From an uncultured Chloroflexia bacterium (GTDB taxonomy: Bacteria; Chloroflexota; Limnocylindria; Limnocylindrales; CSP1-4), in NCBI GenBank assembly GCA_963831745.1, contig CAWHRD010000001.1, positions 134,293 to 198,292 of the forward strand: 64,000 nt of DNA, written 5' to 3'. Under the pieces are notes generated by a model. That model did not search any database. It was not told the origin of the DNA and saw only the letters and a program-made list of their open reading frames with translations. Position 1 is the first letter of the stretch, and every line of letters starts with the position of its first letter. The translations under genes and the position numbers were made by a program. Below, one piece after another: positions 35,067-44,337 of the stretch.

Positions 35067-35638
35067 CCTGGAGCAGCGGCTGCCGGGGGGCCCGGGGACG
35101 CCGGCGCGAGCGCGCCGGCGTAGCGCACGGGCTCGCGAGCGCGAGCAGCGCACGCGAGCGCGCGGTCGCGGCCATCCTCGCCGGCCTCGTGGCGCTGACC
35201 CTCGCCGGGTGCTCGCCCGCGGCCACGCCGAGCCCCGAGCCATCCGCCACCCCCGACCCCATCCCGGAGGCGTCGTTCACCGGCGGGACGGGGAGCGCGC
35301 GCCTCGCGCAGCCCGCACCCGCGGCCTGGGACGGCGGCATGTGCAAGCGGGGCCCCGACGACGCGTGGCTCGCCCTCAACATCGGGTTCCCCAACGGCTC
35401 CGAGTACTTCGGCCTCGTCGTGGGCCGGAGCGCCTACACGCCGGACGCCACCCGCACGGCGAAGGGCGGCGGAACCTTCGGCGGGGACGACGCCGTCATC
35501 ACGTGGCGGTCCGGTGGGACCGCGACCAACGTGGCGCCGGGCGGCCTCGTCGTCGAGGTCGCGAAGGACCTCTCGCTCGGGACCTTCTCCGGTCGCCTCG
35601 CCGACGGGACGCCGGTCCAGGGCTCGTTCGCCTGCTGA
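35063..35638 (+). CDS. Putative lipoprotein (start codon unresolved)
   Basis: Lipobox 'VALTLAGCSPAATPSPEP' and high third-position GC. There is no in-frame ATG/GTG/TTG that leaves a usable signal peptide. CTG at 35063 overlaps the ferritin stop (CTGA). Confidence 0.45.
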   Translation: MTWSSGCRGARGRRRERAGVAHGLASASSARERAVAAILAGLVALTLAGCSPAATPSPEPSATPDPIPEASFTGGTGSARLAQPAPAAWDGGMCKRGPDDAWLALNIGFPNGSEYFGLVVGRSAYTPDATRTAKGGGTFGGDDAVITWRSGGTATNVAPGGLVVEVAKDLSLGTFSGRLADGTPVQGSFAC

Positions 35639-35761
35639 CGCGCCCGGCGCCGGGCGACGAGCGCGGCAGGTGACGGCCGGTCGGTGCGCGTCACCCAGCC
35701 CGTGCGCACCCCGGCAAGCGGCGCAGGCCGGCCGGTCGGACCGGCCCCGCGGCTCCGCGGG

Positions 35762-36049
35762 TCAGCGGTACGCGGAGCCGCGCTGCTGGCGGCCGGCGAA
35801 GACGCCGATCCCGTAGGTGCCGAGGTCGAGCGCGAACGCCGCGACGAGGAAGATGATGTTGAGCAGGCTGAGGCCGTTCACCTGGGCGAACCCGTAGACC
35901 AGGGTCGTCCACGGGAACACCAGGAACCCGACGCCGAGCCACAGCGGCGATCCGAAGATGCCCTGCCAGTAGGCCTGGTCGTTCGACCACGCCACCAGCA
36001 GCAGGAACCGCGGCATGAGCATGCCGATCACAACCATGGCGCAGCCCAT
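35762..36049 (-). CDS. Small membrane protein (95 aa, 3 TM)
   Basis: ATG at 36049 with a GAGGAGG RBS. 'MGCAMVVIGMLMPRFLLLVAW...'. Confidence 0.65.
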   Translation of the reverse strand: MGCAMVVIGMLMPRFLLLVAWSNDQAYWQGIFGSPLWLGVGFLVFPWTTLVYGFAQVNGLSLLNIIFLVAAFALDLGTYGIGVFAGRQQRGSAYR

Positions 36050-36174
36050 CGTCCGCCTCCTCGATCCCGGTCGTCGCGACGCGGCGCGCCGCCCCACCGG
36101 GGAGATGCCGGGCGAGTGAGCCGCCGCGGCATCCGCAGCGTACTCCCGCGCCCGAGCTGCGCGGAAGCCCCGCG

Positions 36175-37464
36175 TCACCCGGCCGTGCGCACCTCGGCCA
36201 GGCGGCGAGCCAGGAACTCTCGCTCGGCGGCGTTCGTCGCCAGTCCGAGAGCGCGCTCGTACGCCGCGGCCGCCTCGCGCCGCCGCCCGAGGCGCCGCAG
36301 CAGGTCGGCCCGCGTCGCGTGGTACAGGTGGTACTCGGCCAGCGCGCCGCCGGCGGCCAGCGCCTCGACGAGCACGAGCCCCGCCGCGGGGCTGTCCGCC
36401 ATCGCGACCGCGACCGCGCGGTTCAGCTCCACGACGGGTCCCGGGGCGACGACGGCCAGCACGCCGTACAGCCCTGCGATCTCGGCCCACGGCGTGGCGT
36501 CGGCGGTCGCGCTCCGGCCGTGGCACGCGGCGATGGCCGCCTGCAGGAGGTACGGGCCGGGCGCGACCCCGGACGGCAACCCGCGGAAGGCGTCATCGAC
36601 GAGGCCGATCCCCTCCTCGACCTCGCCGTGGTCCCACCGGGATCGGTCCTGGTCCTCCAGAAGGACGAGGGTCCGGTCGGGAATCGTGCGGGCGTCGCGC
36701 CGCGAGTCCTGGAGCAGGAGCAGGGCCAGGAGGCCGCGCGCCTCCGCGGCATCGGGCATCAGCGCGACGAGGAGTCGCGCCAGGCGGATCGCCTCCGCGC
36801 ACAGGTCGCGCCGCACGAGGGCATCGCCCGCGGTGGCGCTGTAGCCCTCGTTGAAGACGAGGTAGAGAACGGCCAGGACGCCGTCGAGGCGCTCGGGCAG
36901 CAGGTCGTCCGGCGGGACGCGGTACGGGATCCCGGCGTCGCGGATCTTCCTCTTCGCCCGGACGATCCGCTGCGCCAGCGTCGCCTCGGGCACCAGGAAG
37001 GCCCGGGCGATCTCGGGCGTCGTCAGGCCGCCGAGGGTCCGGAGCGTCAGCGCGACCCGCGCGTCGAGCGCCAGCGCCGGGTGGCAGCACGTGAAGACCA
37101 GCCGCAGACGGTCGTCGGCGAGGCGGCTCTCGCTTCCCAGGCGCACGGTCGACTCCGTTCCCGCGGCGACGAGGCCGCGCTCCAGCTCGACGAGCTTCTC
37201 GGCGTGCCGACGGGCGCGACGCAGCCGGTCCAGCGCCCGGTTCCGGGCGGTCGTCGTGATCCAGGCGCCCGCGTTGGCCGGGATGCCGTCCCGGGGCCAG
37301 GTCTCGAGGGCCGCCACGAACGCGTCGGCGACGGCCTCCTCGGCCGCGTCGAAGTCGCCACCGAGGAGGCGGATGAGCGTTGCCAGCGCCCGGCCGGACT
37401 CCTCGCGAAAGGTCCGCTCGACGCCGGCGCGGACATCGTCGGCAGCCGGCCGGCCCGCCGTCAC
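36175..37464 (-). CDS. ECF-type RNA polymerase sigma factor with a long C-terminal (DUF6596/TPR-like) extension
   Basis: Sigma-2 region '[16 protein letters not shown]', sigma-4 region '[34 protein letters not shown]', and a ~230-aa C-terminal domain. This type of sigma factor is typically partnered with YciI genes. Confidence 0.85.
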   Translation of the reverse strand: MTAGRPAADDVRAGVERTFREESGRALATLIRLLGGDFDAAEEAVADAFVAALETWPRDGIPANAGAWITTTARNRALDRLRRARRHAEKLVELERGLVAAGTESTVRLGSESRLADDRLRLVFTCCHPALALDARVALTLRTLGGLTTPEIARAFLVPEATLAQRIVRAKRKIRDAGIPYRVPPDDLLPERLDGVLAVLYLVFNEGYSATAGDALVRRDLCAEAIRLARLLVALMPDAAEARGLLALLLLQDSRRDARTIPDRTLVLLEDQDRSRWDHGEVEEGIGLVDDAFRGLPSGVAPGPYLLQAAIAACHGRSATADATPWAEIAGLYGVLAVVAPGPVVELNRAVAVAMADSPAAGLVLVEALAAGGALAEYHLYHATRADLLRRLGRRREAAAAYERALGLATNAAEREFLARRLAEVRTAG

Positions 37465-37537
37465 CGCCGGCAGCCGGTCACGGCCGGCCCGTCATCGCGG
37501 TCGTCGGGCGAGTCGTCGCGGCGGCATGGCGGCACGC

Positions 37538-37879
37538 CTACATGTCGACGATGGGGCGGACTTCCATCGAGCCGTACAGGGCACCCGGGCAGCGCGCGGC
37601 CGCCTCGAGCGCGAGGTCGAGGTCGTCCAATTCGATGATGTAGTAGCCGCCGAGCACCTCCTTGGTCTCGGCGAACGGCCCGTCCGTCGTCAGGCGCTCG
37701 CCGTCGCGGACGCGGATCGTCGTGGCGGCCGTGGAAGGCGCGAGCGGGTCGCCGGCACGGTAGATCCCCTTCTCGCGCAGCCAGTCGGAGTACGCGTTCC
37801 AGGGCGCCATGTCCGGCATCGCCTGGTCGCCATCGCCCGGCATCTGCTCGGGCCCGTAGATGAGGAGCATGTAGCGCAT
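37538..37879 (-). CDS. YciI-family protein (DGPF domain)
   Basis: 'MRYMLLIYG' and 'DGPFAETKEVLGGYYIIE' motifs. AGGAGG RBS upstream of the ATG at 37879. Confidence 0.85.
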   Translation of the reverse strand: MRYMLLIYGPEQMPGDGDQAMPDMAPWNAYSDWLREKGIYRAGDPLAPSTAATTIRVRDGERLTTDGPFAETKEVLGGYYIIELDDLDLALEAAARCPGALYGSMEVRPIVDM

Positions 37880-38141
37880 CGAGTGCCTCCTGGAATGCAC
37901 GTCCCCGGGGCGGCGGCTCCGCCCCTTCACCCTCTCGACGAACGGGCCGCCGCGGAATCGACAGCCCGGCCGGGCACGCAGGACGACGCTCGTCGGCGAT
38001 CGCCGACGCGCCGAGCCCGCAGCCCGCTGGGGGCAAGCGTGCCTCGCCTGTCAAGCGGCGGGGCGGCCCCGCATCGGCACGCATTGACATCCGCGCCCGC
38101 GTCAAGCGTGCCGCTCGACAGGCACCCGTATCCTCGGGGGC

Positions 38142-39431
38142 ATGCCGCCTCGCCCCGAGATCCTCGACATCGCCGGTCGCGAAGTGACCGTCACCAACCC
38201 CGGGAAGGTCTTCTTCCCGGACGCGGCCGGCGGGCCGATCACGAAGCTCGAGCTCGTCCGCTACTACGTTGGCGTGGCGGACGGCGCGCTGCGTGGGGCA
38301 GGGGGCCGGCCGATGGCCCTCAAGCGCTTCCCAAACGGTGCCGACGGCGACTTCTTCTTCCAGAAGCGGGCGCCCGAGAAGCGACCGGACTTCGTCCGCA
38401 CGGTCGAGCTCGCATTCCCGTCCGGCCGGACCGCCGACGAGGTCGTCGTCGAGAGCGCGGCCGCCCTCGCGTGGGTGATCAACCTCGGCTGCATCGACCT
38501 CAACCCGCACCCCGTCCGCGCCGACGACCTCGATCATCCCGACGAGCTGCGCGTCGACCTCGACCCCGTGCCGGGCGTGGCCTGGGACGATGTCCGCCGG
38601 GTCGCCCTCGTCGTCCGCGACGCGCTCGCCGACCTCGGCCTCGTCGGGTGGCCCAAGACGTCGGGCAGCCGCGGGATCCACGTCAACGTGCGGATCGCCC
38701 GCCGCTGGACGTTCCCCGAGGTCCGGCGCGCCGCCCTGGCGCTCGCCCGCGACGTCGAGCGCCGCGTTCCCGACCTGGCCACCAGCAAGTGGTGGAAGGA
38801 GGAGCGCCACGGCGTCTTCCTCGACTACAACCAGAACGCCAAGGACCGGACGGTCGCCTCGGCCTACTCGGTCCGGCCGCGGCCGGACGCCCGCGTCTCG
38901 ACCCCGCTGCGCTGGGAGGAGGTGGCCGACGTCGACGCGGCGGCCTTCACCATGCGGACCGTGCCCGAGCGCTTCGCGCGCCAGGGCGATCCACACGTCG
39001 GCATCGACGATGCCGTCGGGAGCCTCGACGGGCTCCTGGAGCTGTCGGCCCGCCACGAGACCGAGGGCCTCGGCGACGCGCCGTGGCCACCCAACTACGC
39101 TCGGACCCTGGACGAGCCGCCCCGTGTCCAGCCGTCGAAGCGCCGGATGAGCACCAAGCCGCTCATCGAGATCGGGCGGGCCGCGAAGCAGGCGGACGCG
39201 CTCGCCGGCCTCGAGCGGTGGAAGGTACGCCACCCCGAGGCCTGGCCGCACCTCCGCCCGGCGGACGTGCTGGTCGACGCAATGCGCGGCCGCTCCACGA
39301 CCTGGACCCGGATCCGCCTCAACCTGGAGAATGTCCCACCGGAGCTGCGCCCGGCCCAGGAGCCGCTCGACCCGGACTACGACCCGTGGGCCGGCATGGA
39401 GTGGCCCGGCAGGGTGAGGCAGGACGGGTGA
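38142..39431 (+). CDS. NHEJ polymerase/primase (LigD Pol domain, AEP family) with a ~120-aa C-terminal extension
   Basis: 'VTNPGKVFFP', 'LKRFPNG...FFQK', 'DELRVDLDP', 'KTSGSRGIHV' and 'VFLDYNQNA' are LigD-Pol motifs. Confidence 0.88.
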   Translation: MPPRPEILDIAGREVTVTNPGKVFFPDAAGGPITKLELVRYYVGVADGALRGAGGRPMALKRFPNGADGDFFFQKRAPEKRPDFVRTVELAFPSGRTADEVVVESAAALAWVINLGCIDLNPHPVRADDLDHPDELRVDLDPVPGVAWDDVRRVALVVRDALADLGLVGWPKTSGSRGIHVNVRIARRWTFPEVRRAALALARDVERRVPDLATSKWWKEERHGVFLDYNQNAKDRTVASAYSVRPRPDARVSTPLRWEEVADVDAAAFTMRTVPERFARQGDPHVGIDDAVGSLDGLLELSARHETEGLGDAPWPPNYARTLDEPPRVQPSKRRMSTKPLIEIGRAAKQADALAGLERWKVRHPEAWPHLRPADVLVDAMRGRSTTWTRIRLNLENVPPELRPAQEPLDPDYDPWAGMEWPGRVRQDG

Positions 39432-39480
39432 GGATAACGGTGTCCCAAACGAACTGCTCGACAAACACCGACTGCTTCTC

Positions 39481-39509
39481 TTGACAGCCCTCCAGGGTAC
39501 GCCGACCAT
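39481..39509 (+). promoter_or_regulatory. Candidate sigma-70-type promoter (TTGACA-N17-GACCAT)
   Basis: TTGACA at 39481-39486 and GACCAT at 39504-39509, in a lower-GC spacer 34 nt upstream of the GTG at 39543. Confidence 0.3.
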
Positions 39510-39542
39510 CGACGGAGTTGCTCCAGGAAGGATCAAGACCGC

Positions 39543-39755
39543 GTGGAACCCATCTTCTTCCTCGCCGTGGTCGCCATCCTCGTCCTCGCCGTCGTCGCCT
39601 TCTATCTCGTCGTGTGCATCCTCGCCCGGGCGATGTTCGGCAATCGACGCAGGCTGGAGGAGGAGCTCGGCCTCGACGCGCTCCGCCACCGCTTCGAGCG
39701 TGGCGAGATCACGCAGCAGCAGTTCGACGAGGCCAGGCGAGCGCTCGGCCAGTAG
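39543..39755 (+). CDS. Small membrane-anchored SHOCT-domain protein
   Basis: N-terminal TM 'IFFLAVVAILVLAVVAFYLVVCIL' and C-terminal 'LRHRFERGEITQQQFDEARRAL'. GTG start, AGGAAGGA upstream. Confidence 0.7.
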   Translation: MEPIFFLAVVAILVLAVVAFYLVVCILARAMFGNRRRLEEELGLDALRHRFERGEITQQQFDEARRALGQ

Positions 39756-39949
39756 AACGGCCAGCCCTGGCTGCCCGTCGACACACATCCCCCGGCCGCA
39801 TTTCCGCCGCGGGACGGACTGGTACGCGTGGGACCTCCGTGCTATGGAACCCGGCCAGCGAACGGCGAACCATGTCGCCGACGCACCCGCACGCGGTGCG
39901 CGCCGCCTGGCGACGCTCGGTCGTCGGGACCTCGAGAGGCTCCAACTCC

Positions 39950-40717
39950 ATGATGCGCCGGCTCATCTCCTTGGCAGGCGTCGCCCTCCTGGCGGTCTCC
40001 GCCTGCGGCGGGACCAGCCCGGCGTCGCCGACTGTCGCCCCGACCCCGGCGGCGACGACTCCCGTGGCGCCAACCCCCGGGCAGGCGACGCCGACCGCCG
40101 ACCCCGGCACCCCGGCGCCCACGCTCGCCGCGAGCCCGGACGCGGCCGAGACGGTCACGGCGTCGGTGTCCGACCCCGCCGGCTCCGGCGCGCTCGTCGC
40201 CACGATCCCGGCCGCGTGGATCACGATCACGGCCCGCGACATCGCCGACGAAGCGTCCTTCGGAGCCTGGCAGGCGGCCCATCCCGAGGTTCCGCAGGAT
40301 TCGGCGACCTCCGTCGCCGAGGACATGTCGAGCGCCGGCGTCGCCCTCTTCGCCTTCGACGCCGAGAACGCCGTCGACGGCTTCACCCCGAACCTCAACA
40401 CGACCTGGGTCGACGTCCCGGTCGGCGACCCGCAGGCGTGGCTCGCGGAGCAGGCAGCGGCGGTCACCAAGGGCTATGGCCTCGCCGAGCCGCTCGAGTA
40501 CCAGGCGTTGACGCTCCCGGGCGCGGGCGGCATCGACGCGTTCGTCGGCGGGTACCGCTACACCCTGCAGGACAACGCGCTCGCCGGGGTCCAGATGATC
40601 GTCCCGCTGCCGGACGGCCGCGGCGCGGTCTTCACGTTCACCTGCCGCGACGAGCAGACGGACCACTTCGGCCCGATCGTCGAAGCCGTCTTCACGTCCG
40701 TCGCAAACCCCGCCTGA
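39950..40717 (+). CDS. Lipoprotein (hypothetical)
   Basis: 'MMRRLISLAGVALLAVSACGG' signal peptide plus lipobox, followed by a Pro/Thr-rich linker. Confidence 0.75.
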   Translation: MMRRLISLAGVALLAVSACGGTSPASPTVAPTPAATTPVAPTPGQATPTADPGTPAPTLAASPDAAETVTASVSDPAGSGALVATIPAAWITITARDIADEASFGAWQAAHPEVPQDSATSVAEDMSSAGVALFAFDAENAVDGFTPNLNTTWVDVPVGDPQAWLAEQAAAVTKGYGLAEPLEYQALTLPGAGGIDAFVGGYRYTLQDNALAGVQMIVPLPDGRGAVFTFTCRDEQTDHFGPIVEAVFTSVANPA

Positions 40718-40823
40718 CCGGATCCGACGCGCGCCTGGTTGGGCGGCTCTGCCCTCCGGCGCGCCGTGGGGCCGCGCACCGCCCGGGTGCGCGAGAGGGT
40801 CCTGGTCCGGCCGCGCCCGTTGG

Positions 40824-41570
40824 TCAGGCGCGGCGGCGGAAGTGCTCCCCGCCGGTCACGAGGGCGAGCACCGTCAGCCCGTAGCCGGCCAACAGAAGGA
40901 GGCTGAAGCCGATCCCGCCCGCTTCGGCGTCGGGAGCCGTCACGTTGGCCAGCACTGCCAGCCCCGCGAAGAGCGCCCCGGCCACCCCCACGATCAGACC
41001 GAGCGCGCGCCCCCAACCGCGGTGGATCAACATCCCGATCGCAGCCACCACCTCGAGCAGGCCCCAGAAGACGACGAGGAACGCGAGCCCCGCCACGACG
41101 CCGCCGAGCGGACCCAAGAGCTCGAAGCCCTCCCCGGACGAGCCGGCGACGGCGATGAGGCCGCCCAGCAGCCCGAAGATGGCGCCGATCCCGAAGGTCA
41201 GGATCCCGGCGACGAGCAGGAAGATCCCGGCGACGACCACGAGCGGGGTCGACGGCGGCCGCGTCGCGACGGCGGGCGGCCACGGCGCGGTGGCGCCGGC
41301 GGGCGGCGGCGGCCACGCCGACGGGTCTGGCGCACCCGCGGGCGGCGGCGGCCATGACGACGCAGCGGGCGGTCCGGCGGGCGGCTGCGGCGGCCACCCG
41401 GACGGGACGGGGCCCCCCGCCGCCGGCGGTGGCCAGCTGGTCTGCGCTGGGGGGCCGAGCGGCGGCGGGGGCCACGCGGGTTGCGGCGACGTGGCGTCCG
41501 AGGGCGGCGGGTCCTCGGGCGCCTGCTCCCGCGGGTCCTGTGCGCCGGCTGGTTGCGTGTCCTCGGTCAT
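40824..41570 (-). CDS. Membrane protein with an N-terminal Trp/Pro-rich repeat region (WPPPP x ~7) and a C-terminal 4-TM domain
   Basis: ATG at 41570 with a GGAGG RBS. Periodic 'WPPPPAG' about every 12-14 aa, followed by hydrophobic helices. Confidence 0.7.
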   Translation of the reverse strand: MTEDTQPAGAQDPREQAPEDPPPSDATSPQPAWPPPPLGPPAQTSWPPPAAGGPVPSGWPPQPPAGPPAASSWPPPPAGAPDPSAWPPPPAGATAPWPPAVATRPPSTPLVVVAGIFLLVAGILTFGIGAIFGLLGGLIAVAGSSGEGFELLGPLGGVVAGLAFLVVFWGLLEVVAAIGMLIHRGWGRALGLIVGVAGALFAGLAVLANVTAPDAEAGGIGFSLLLLAGYGLTVLALVTGGEHFRRRA

Positions 41571-41650
41571 CGGATCCTCCGTCCGGATCTCATCCCGGGC
41601 GGCCCGGGTGCTGCGGCGGCGGCGCCGGGCGGCGGCGCGCGCCATACGAC

Positions 41651-43072
41651 CTACGGTGCCGTTGATGCACGCGGGCTTGTCCCGGGGACCGGCGATGGCG
41701 AGGCGGACGCCGGCGGCTTGGGAAACAGGGCCCTGGCGAGGTACCGGACGACGTCGTCGCCGACGAGCGGCTCCCGGTTGAAGGCGACGGCCACCGCGAT
41801 CTTGTCCTTCGGGAAGTAGCGGATCGCCGCGCGGGTCCCGGTGAGCGCCCCCGTGTGCCCCCACGACACCCGGCCCTGGAACGAGACCCGGCTGACCCCG
41901 AGGCCGTACGACGTGGTGAACCCGTATCCGTAGGCTCTCACGAACGTCAGCATCTGCTTACGGATAGCGGGTGAGAGGACGTCGCCGCCGTAGAGCGCTC
42001 GGGCCCAGCGGGCCAGGTCGTCCGTCGTCGCGGCGATCGCGCCCGCGGCGCCGGCGGCCGTGACCACCGACGTGAACGGAACGTTGGCGGTGCCGTCGGT
42101 TCGCACCAGGGGAACCGGCCCGCGGCTGCCGTCGATGACGCGGTATGCCAGCGCCGGCGCCGCCGTCGGCGGCTCGACGCCCTGGATGTACGTGGAGGCG
42201 AGGCCGAGCGGGTCGAGGAGCTCCGTGCGGACCCGCTCGGCCCAGGGCTTCCCGCCCACCTTCTCGGCGACCATGCCGAGCAGCAGGTAGTTCGAGTTGG
42301 AGTATGCCCAGCGCGTGCCGGGCGGGAAGACCAGGACCGGGCGGATGAACCCCTCGAGGACCTCGTCGGCCGACCAGGCCCGCTTCTTGTCCTTGTTCAG
42401 CACGGCGTCGAACTTGACGTTCTTGAAGTAGTCCGGGATGCCCGACATGTGGTTGAGGAGCTGGCGGATCGTGACCTTGTCCGCGTTGGGGACGTCAGGA
42501 AGCCAGCGCGAGAGGCGATCGCCGAGCCGGATGCGACCCGCCTCGACGTCGCGGAGGATGAGCGCGGCGGTGAACGTCTTCGTCACGCTCCCCACGGCGA
42601 ACGGCGTGTCGGCCTGGACCGGCATCCCGGCGGCGGCATTGGCCAGGCCCCGGACCCCGGTCCACGTCGAGCCGTCCGGGAAGAGGACCGTCGCCTCGAC
42701 ACCCGGCAGCGCGAGCTCCTTCTGCGCCGTCGCCAGCGCCCGCGCGAGGCGGGCAGCCAGCGCCGCGGGCACGGCAGGCGGCGCCACCGGGGTCGGGACC
42801 GGCGTCGGGGACGCGCTCGGTGACGGAGGCGGCGCCTCGCCCGGGTTCGGCGAGCCGGGCACGGCGGAGGGCGCGGGCTCGGCGCTGGCCAGCGCCGCGG
42901 CCGTCGCCCCGGGTGCCGGGTCCACCCCTGGGCCTCCAGCGCCCGGCGTCGTCCCGGCGACCGCCCAGCCGGCGGCCAGGCTCGCGCCGAAGACGACGAC
43001 GAGGCCGAGCGCCAGCGCAAGGCGCCGGCGGCGCCGGCGCGGCGCGGCCTCCATCGACCACGGCTGGGTCAC
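41651..43072 (-). CDS. Secreted serine hydrolase (beta-lactamase / DD-peptidase family)
   Basis: 'FAVGSVTKTFTA' SxxK motif, 'YSNSNY' YxN motif, and an Arg-rich signal peptide 'RRRRRRLALALGLVVVFG'. GTG at 43072 overlaps the ligase stop (GTGA). An alternative ATG is at 43054. Confidence 0.85.
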   Translation of the reverse strand: MTQPWSMEAAPRRRRRRLALALGLVVVFGASLAAGWAVAGTTPGAGGPGVDPAPGATAAALASAEPAPSAVPGSPNPGEAPPPSPSASPTPVPTPVAPPAVPAALAARLARALATAQKELALPGVEATVLFPDGSTWTGVRGLANAAAGMPVQADTPFAVGSVTKTFTAALILRDVEAGRIRLGDRLSRWLPDVPNADKVTIRQLLNHMSGIPDYFKNVKFDAVLNKDKKRAWSADEVLEGFIRPVLVFPPGTRWAYSNSNYLLLGMVAEKVGGKPWAERVRTELLDPLGLASTYIQGVEPPTAAPALAYRVIDGSRGPVPLVRTDGTANVPFTSVVTAAGAAGAIAATTDDLARWARALYGGDVLSPAIRKQMLTFVRAYGYGFTTSYGLGVSRVSFQGRVSWGHTGALTGTRAAIRYFPKDKIAVAVAFNREPLVGDDVVRYLARALFPKPPASASPSPVPGTSPRASTAP

Positions 43073-44160
43073 CGGGCGGACTCCCCGAAGATGTCGGCCA
43101 GCTCGTAGGGCGGCGTGGCCTCCAGCTGATCGTAGCGGCAATCGGCCGGCAGGCGATCCGGCCGCCAGCGGACGAGCTTCGTCGCGTGCCGGAACCGGTT
43201 GCCCTGCAGGTGATCGTAGGCCACCTCGGCGACGCGCTCCACCCGCAGGGGCTCCCAGGTGAGGTCCTTGCCCCGGTTCCAGCGGCTCTGGGCGCCCGGC
43301 ATCCGCCGGCCGTAGGCCGCCTCGGCTAGCTCGGCCGTCGCCCAGTCGCGCCATGGGTGGCCGTCCAGGGCGGCCCGGCGCAGCTCGGCCAGCTCGTCCA
43401 CGAGCTCGCGGCGTCGCGCGGCGGTGAAGCCGGACGCGACCCCGACGTGGTGGAGCGTGCCCGTCTCGTCGTGGAGCCCGAGGATCAGCGACCCGACGCC
43501 CGTTCCGATCTCGTCCTTGTGCCACCGGAAGCCGGCCACGGCGACATCCGCGGTCCTCGCGTGCTTCACCTTGCCCCAGCCGCGCTTCCCGGGCTCGTAC
43601 GGTCCGTCGAGGCGCTTGGCGATCACCCCGTCGAGGCCCGCTCCCTCGAACCGCGCGAACCAGTCCTCGGCGAGCGCCCGGTCCTCGGTCATCGGCGTCA
43701 GATGGACGCCGGCGACGCCGGTCACCACGCGATCGGCCAGGAGCCGCCGGCGCTCCGCGTACGGCCGGGCCCGCAGGTCGTCGTCGTCGAGCGCAAGGAG
43801 GTCCCAGGCCACGAATTGAGAAGGCGTCTCGGCAGCGAGCATCCGCACGCGCGACTCCGCCGGGTGGATCCGCAGCAGGAGCGCGTCGAAGTCGAGCCCG
43901 CCCGATCCGACGATCACGATCTCGCCGTCGACCACCCCGCGCTCGGGCAGAGCGGCCCGCAGGGGAGCCGCGAGCTCGGGGAAGTACCGGCCGAGGGGTC
44001 GCAGGTCGCGGCTCTGGACGAGGATGTCGTCGCCGTCCCGGAAGACCAGCGCCCGAAAGCCGTCCCACTTCGGCTCGTACGCCCAGCCGGCGCCGTCGGG
44101 GAGGGACGGCAGGGGCTTGGCAAGCATCGGCTCGAGCGGGGGCTGGAAGGGCAGGCGCAC
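43069..44160 (-). CDS. ATP-dependent DNA ligase (LigD ligase-domain / LigC type)
   Basis: 'EPKWDGFRALV' KxDG adenylation motif, 'DGEIV', 'GLDGVIAKR' and 'WGKVKH'. GTG at 44160 is chosen just upstream of 'LEPMLAKP'. Confidence 0.88.
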   Translation of the reverse strand: MRLPFQPPLEPMLAKPLPSLPDGAGWAYEPKWDGFRALVFRDGDDILVQSRDLRPLGRYFPELAAPLRAALPERGVVDGEIVIVGSGGLDFDALLLRIHPAESRVRMLAAETPSQFVAWDLLALDDDDLRARPYAERRRLLADRVVTGVAGVHLTPMTEDRALAEDWFARFEGAGLDGVIAKRLDGPYEPGKRGWGKVKHARTADVAVAGFRWHKDEIGTGVGSLILGLHDETGTLHHVGVASGFTAARRRELVDELAELRRAALDGHPWRDWATAELAEAAYGRRMPGAQSRWNRGKDLTWEPLRVERVAEVAYDHLQGNRFRHATKLVRWRPDRLPADCRYDQLEATPPYELADIFGESAR

Positions 44161-44337
44161 CCGCGAACGATACCCCTCCGCCGTGTCGGGGGCGCAGGGC
44201 CGGGGCCTCCGCAGCGGGGCGCGGCCTCGCGCGCCTCGTCGGACCCTGCTGCCCACCCCCCGGCCGCCTCTCCACGCTCGGCGCCAGCGGAACCGCCCCG
44301 CCGGCGCAGCGTCCGGCGCGCACGGCGAAGGCGCGCC

